From Armatimonadota bacterium (lineage in GTDB: Bacteria; Armatimonadota; HRBIN16): a stretch of DNA of 64,000 bases. The notes under the pieces were generated by a model. That model was not told where the DNA came from. It ran no database searches and saw only the letters and a program-made list of their open reading frames with translations. Below are positions 60,329 through 64,000 of this stretch, piece by piece. Position 1 is the stretch's first letter. Each line of letters opens with the position of its first letter. Location: the NCBI GenBank assembly GCA_963677485.1, contig OY781964.1, positions 32,001 through 96,000 on the forward strand. The letters are read 5' to 3'. The position numbers and the translations under genes were made by a program.

Positions 60329-62055
60329 AATTCATCTCCTGCAGGGCTGACATGATATGTTTTTTCGTAGGTATAGGTAACAAGGCCTGGTGCGCCACCA
60401 CGGGGTCGTCTGACATATTTTCGCAGGGTGCAGTCGATGGCCACCAGTGAGCTGTGTTTGGCGGTGCTGTTTTTCGCCGCCTGTTCGGCCGCAAAAAGTA
60501 TAGTTCCTTTAGGCACCTTCAAAGGTTGATTATTGGTGCGGATGATCACATGTCCGCCATGACCGCCCCGGACGTGCAGCCACATATCGTTGGTGCCTGC
60601 CAGACGCTGCACGAGGTAGTCATTCGCCTCGGCGTTCTGACCGATCAGCACCTCGTAACCCTCCGGAGAGTTCATACGCGATATCCGCTTGCCTTCGAAT
60701 GCGGCCTCTTTCGCGGCTGCCACCTTGCCGGGCAGAGCCTGCAGCCAACCCTTCGTCAACGCGATCTGGCGAAGGCTCTCCAGCTCTTCTCGCTCATCGA
60801 CCGCCTCAACCTTTTGCATCAGAAGCTGCAGTTCATCCATCTCCTGTTGCATGCCCTCGCTCACCTGCTGCATTCGGGCCAGCGCGCGTATCGCCTGGCG
60901 GCTTTTATGGAAGAACCGCTGGGCGTTCTCCTGAGGGCTGAGTTTGGCATCAAGGATGATCTTGCGATCGCCCTGCTCGGGATGATAGAGGTCGGGGAGT
61001 ATCACCTCCGGCGTCTCCGTTGGCACCAGGTGCAGCGATGCCAGCAGCAGGTCGCCCGCTTCGCGGTAGCTGTCGGCCTTCTTCGCCTCCATGGCGGCAT
61101 GATGCAGTTGCGCCATCATGCGTTCGCGGGTCTCGAAGCTGCGCTTGAGCATTCCCAGCAGGGTGCGGCGTGACTGCTCTAGCCGCTCACGGCCGATCAT
61201 CGAGCTGAAACTTGCCTCAGCAGCGCCCTGGAAATCCTCGCGTGGATGCTGCTCAAGCTCACGCAGACTGGCCAGCGGGAATGGGTAGGCACCCATTGAG
61301 GCTCCGCCTACTGCGCGAATCAACACCGGTTCCCATTCACCTTTGACCGCCGCACCGAATATCTCGGTGCAGGCAGTCCACAGGCTGTCAGGGGTAGCTG
61401 GCCCATCGAAGTTCGCACGAGCCGAAAGCTCCTCACGAAGGATTGGACTGATGCCCTGCAGGTTCGCACAGAGCCGCTCGGTCAAGTCTTCAATCTCACC
61501 GATGCCAAGCAGCAGCTCAAAACCGGCCCTATCCATGGTGCGGGGGTCGACACCAGCCGAAAGTGGCGGTGGGCTATATGGGTGCCCTGGCATCATCTCC
61601 CTCACGCGGTTCACCTTGCTAGATACCAGCTTCGCCGCGTGCAGCACCTTCTGCTGGCTATCGACCAGCAGAATATTGCTGTGCTTCCCCATCATCTCAG
61701 TGGTCAGCAGTAGCCGTTCGCCCAGGTGACCGTCCACCTCGATGTCCAGGATGCGGTCAAAGCCCCGCTGGCCGATCTCACGCACAAACCCGCCCTCCAG
61801 GTATTTCCGCAAGGTCATGCAGAACACCGGTGGCTGTTTGGGGTTTGGCGGCTTCCGCGTGATGAGGTATGCGCGCGGATGTGTAGGTGAACTATCGAGC
61901 ATAAGCCGGCAGTCACCCAACTGGGGGTTGTAGATGGTCAGCACAATCTGGCTTTCGTTTGGCTGGGCGATATGCTGGATACGCCCGCCGCGCAGGTGCT
62001 GCAGCCCCTGCGACACGCAGCAGAGGCACAGGGAGTCAAATGTAGGTTTTCGCAT
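60325..62055 (-). CDS. rqcH: Ribosome quality-control factor RqcH (FbpA/NFACT family)
   Basis: FCMTLRKYLEG, FDRI, EMMGKHSNI, SPQENAQRFF, GQNAEAND, WLHV....GGHV. Confidence 0.92.
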   Translation of the reverse strand: MRKPTFDSLCLCCVSQGLQHLRGGRIQHIAQPNESQIVLTIYNPQLGDCRLMLDSSPTHPRAYLITRKPPNPKQPPVFCMTLRKYLEGGFVREIGQRGFDRILDIEVDGHLGERLLLTTEMMGKHSNILLVDSQQKVLHAAKLVSSKVNRVREMMPGHPYSPPPLSAGVDPRTMDRAGFELLLGIGEIEDLTERLCANLQGISPILREELSARANFDGPATPDSLWTACTEIFGAAVKGEWEPVLIRAVGGASMGAYPFPLASLRELEQHPREDFQGAAEASFSSMIGRERLEQSRRTLLGMLKRSFETRERMMAQLHHAAMEAKKADSYREAGDLLLASLHLVPTETPEVILPDLYHPEQGDRKIILDAKLSPQENAQRFFHKSRQAIRALARMQQVSEGMQQEMDELQLLMQKVEAVDEREELESLRQIALTKGWLQALPGKVAAAKEAAFEGKRISRMNSPEGYEVLIGQNAEANDYLVQRLAGTNDMWLHVRGGHGGHVIIRTNNQPLKVPKGTILFAAEQAAKNSTAKHSSLVAIDCTLRKYVRRPRGGAPGLVTYTYEKTYHVSPAGDEL

Positions 62056-62080
62056 GTATACAGGGTACCAGATGGCACCC

Positions 62081-63391
62081 CTACCCTCCAAACAGCGAGG
62101 CCCGGTCACCGCCCACAAGCACGCTGCGACTCACACCTCCCCCAAACGGAGCCACAGAGCAAGCCAGTGCGAGCGCCATCACCAGGTCGTCGTGCTCAGT
62201 TCCCTCAGCCTACATCCGAGTGTGCCCCAGAGAGGCAGCCTGCAGGTGAAAGGCACGCAGCTCATCTAGCAGATTCGGCAGTGGTAATAACTGCAACTGA
62301 CTCCGCTCTAGCGCCAGTATCAAACCATCCACCAACTGCAGCTTACGCCTTTCGGTGAATGTCTCAGGTATGACCCGTATGCGCAACCGGCGTTCTCTCA
62401 GTGCCCCTTCCAGCAGCTCCACCACCGCCACGCCCACGCCGGTGGCATCGCACGCGATGCACTGCACGCCGCTTTGGTAAGCCATCTCAGCCAGACGATC
62501 CGCTTGAGCACGGTAATGCAGCCGTGGCAGTCGGAGAGCCTCCAGCATCCGCGCTTTGCCCGAGGCGACCTCCAAACAGACCCAGGCGGTGTAGTCACGG
62601 CTGAGCGCGAAATCCACACCAGCGACTCTTTGAATCCCATGCCGCAGATCCAATTCAATCGGCACCAGCGCATCTGAGATCATCTGTTCTGTAAACACAG
62701 CTCCCGCGGCATCCGCAAACTGCGCCTCATACTCCACGAGGTACTGCCGTTCCGGAAGGAACAGCCGCTGCATCGCCAGGAATGAGGCATCGATGGCGGG
62801 GTTACTTGAGGTTGGGAATGAGAAGCTGCTGATGTTGTGCTCACCACGCTGACCAGCTAAATACCACTGGTAAAAGTGGTTTCGTCCGTTGGGCGTACTG
62901 AGCAGCACGAGCTGACCCTGCCGGTCTGCCAGGATCGGCATCAAAGCGCCGGTGATCAGTGCTTCGGAGACATACGCGGCCTCATCCACCACCACCCTGT
63001 CCGCGCTGCGTCCTCGCAGGTTACGCCCGTCCCGATGGGCGCTTCTACTGACAAACCAGCCGCCCTGAGTGGATATCCGCGGGGTTGGTGACTGCCTGAT
63101 CTTGATGCCATGTTCCGCCGCGAGGGGTTCCAGCAACTCCCAGGTGCGCTCGAACATGAGGTTGGCTTGGTCCTGAGTTGGTGCCACCACGATATGGCGG
63201 CTTTGGGGCAGCAGAAGCAAGAGGGCGGCTGTCTCGACTGCTAACGCCTCGGTCTTACCCCATCGCCTACCGCAGGCGGCCAGCTTGATGGGGCTGGTGT
63301 TCAGAAGCCATTCGCGCTGCGCCAGGTGTGGCTGCCATTGCCATTCGGCAGAAGCCAGCTCCAGAACCTTTTTAGGTTCGTATTGCCACAT
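62081..63391 (-). pseudogene. Terminase large subunit-like protein with an in-frame TAG at 62210-62212
   Basis: GRRWGKT Walker A, VVDEAA Walker B, LSTP.G, AGVDFA...D, DATGVG; past the TAG the same frame continues AEGTEHDDLVMALALA...* to 62081. Confidence 0.85.
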
Positions 63392-63545
63392 TTCGCATCA
63401 CCTCCACACAAAAGGCGGAAGTAAATGCTTGTTTTCCGGTCAGGGGGTTTCGTAAACCAGCATTCAGACGCAGTCGATTACCCATATATAGATTGGGGTC
63501 GTGCTAACATAATCAATGCGTTCCACCATGCCACGCGCTAAAGCA

Positions 63546-63944
63546 CAGTCTATTACCCACAATTATTGCATGGCCAGTAGGTCACCGATTCCGCGACATA
63601 AATGTCTCGGCACATGGTCGATACTATCCCAATCTGGATTTGTATGTAACTGGGCGTTATAAAGGTTATGCCGCCAAACTGCGACGGGTTCCATCAGCCC
63701 GCTAAAGCAGGCCTCGTCACCCGTCGCTTATCATCTGGCTGTCCGCTGAAGCGGACGCGGGGATACGCCCTGCGCCGGCCGGAGCGAAGCGACGCCGGCC
63801 GCTAATGATCAGCCACGCGGTGAGGAAACCCCGTAGGGACGCCAGTCCCGTGGGGTGACTGAACCCGTGGCCATTTGCCGAAATCATCAGTTACACCATG
63901 GGCTGCCGTGTCTGCACGGGCGGGTGCTTGTGGGTAATAGACTG
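63546..63944. mobile_element. 399 bp MITE-like element with 17 bp TIRs and 10 bp TSD
   Basis: CAGTCTATTACCCACAA (63546-63562) and TTGTGGGTAATAGACTG (63928-63944); CGCTAAAGCA duplicated at 63536-63545 and 63945-63954. Confidence 0.9.
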
Positions 63945-64000
63945 CGCTAAAGCACATGGCTATTGACCTGCCAAGCCTGCTGAAGCAGGCTGCAGGGCTT

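Noticed and set aside
42486-63391. Genome-wide TAG reassignment suggested by two in-frame ambers
   Set aside because: Many conserved genes here end in TAG at their expected C-termini (mutS, kdpA, kdpB, kdpF, alr, tricorn), so TAG is a normal stop.
55288-63391. Intact prophage spanning the SSAP-like gene to the terminase
   Set aside because: The genes between them are host metabolic or housekeeping genes (GH31, BON, CBM9, rqcH); no structural genes or integrase.

Overview
Bacterial chromosomal window, probably Armatimonadota (inferred from type IV pilin style and a C-terminal double EF-hand/dockerin-like tail on a secreted protease). It contains a type IV pilus cluster, mutS, an M6 protease, glycoside hydrolases, a D-amino-acid/muropeptide recycling cluster (alr, two M55 peptidases, an S66 peptidase), tRNA-Gly(TCC), a kdpFABC locus with split KdpD, an ADP-ribosylglycohydrolase opposite a sugar ABC transporter with a permease-binding protein fusion, wzm/wzt with two GT4 genes, tricorn protease, mtlD, three paralogous secreted proteins, rqcH and a lone terminase-like gene. 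Best novelty candidate: a ~1.67 kb insertion (10847-12520) that splits a host gene with no terminal inverted repeats and no target duplication. It has a subterminal hairpin and encodes a protein with Rep_trans-like rolling-circle motifs plus a C-terminal winged helix, suggesting a non-DDE, non-HUH insertion sequence. Other notable items: a 399 bp MITE (17 bp TIR, 10 bp TSD) inside a REP-like hairpin, nested 7-/9-mer inverted-repeat modules in many intergenic spacers, a shared ECF-type promoter in front of the secreted paralogs, and three genes broken by single lesions (two in-frame TAG, one frameshift). All family calls come from motif recognition by eye; no searches were run.
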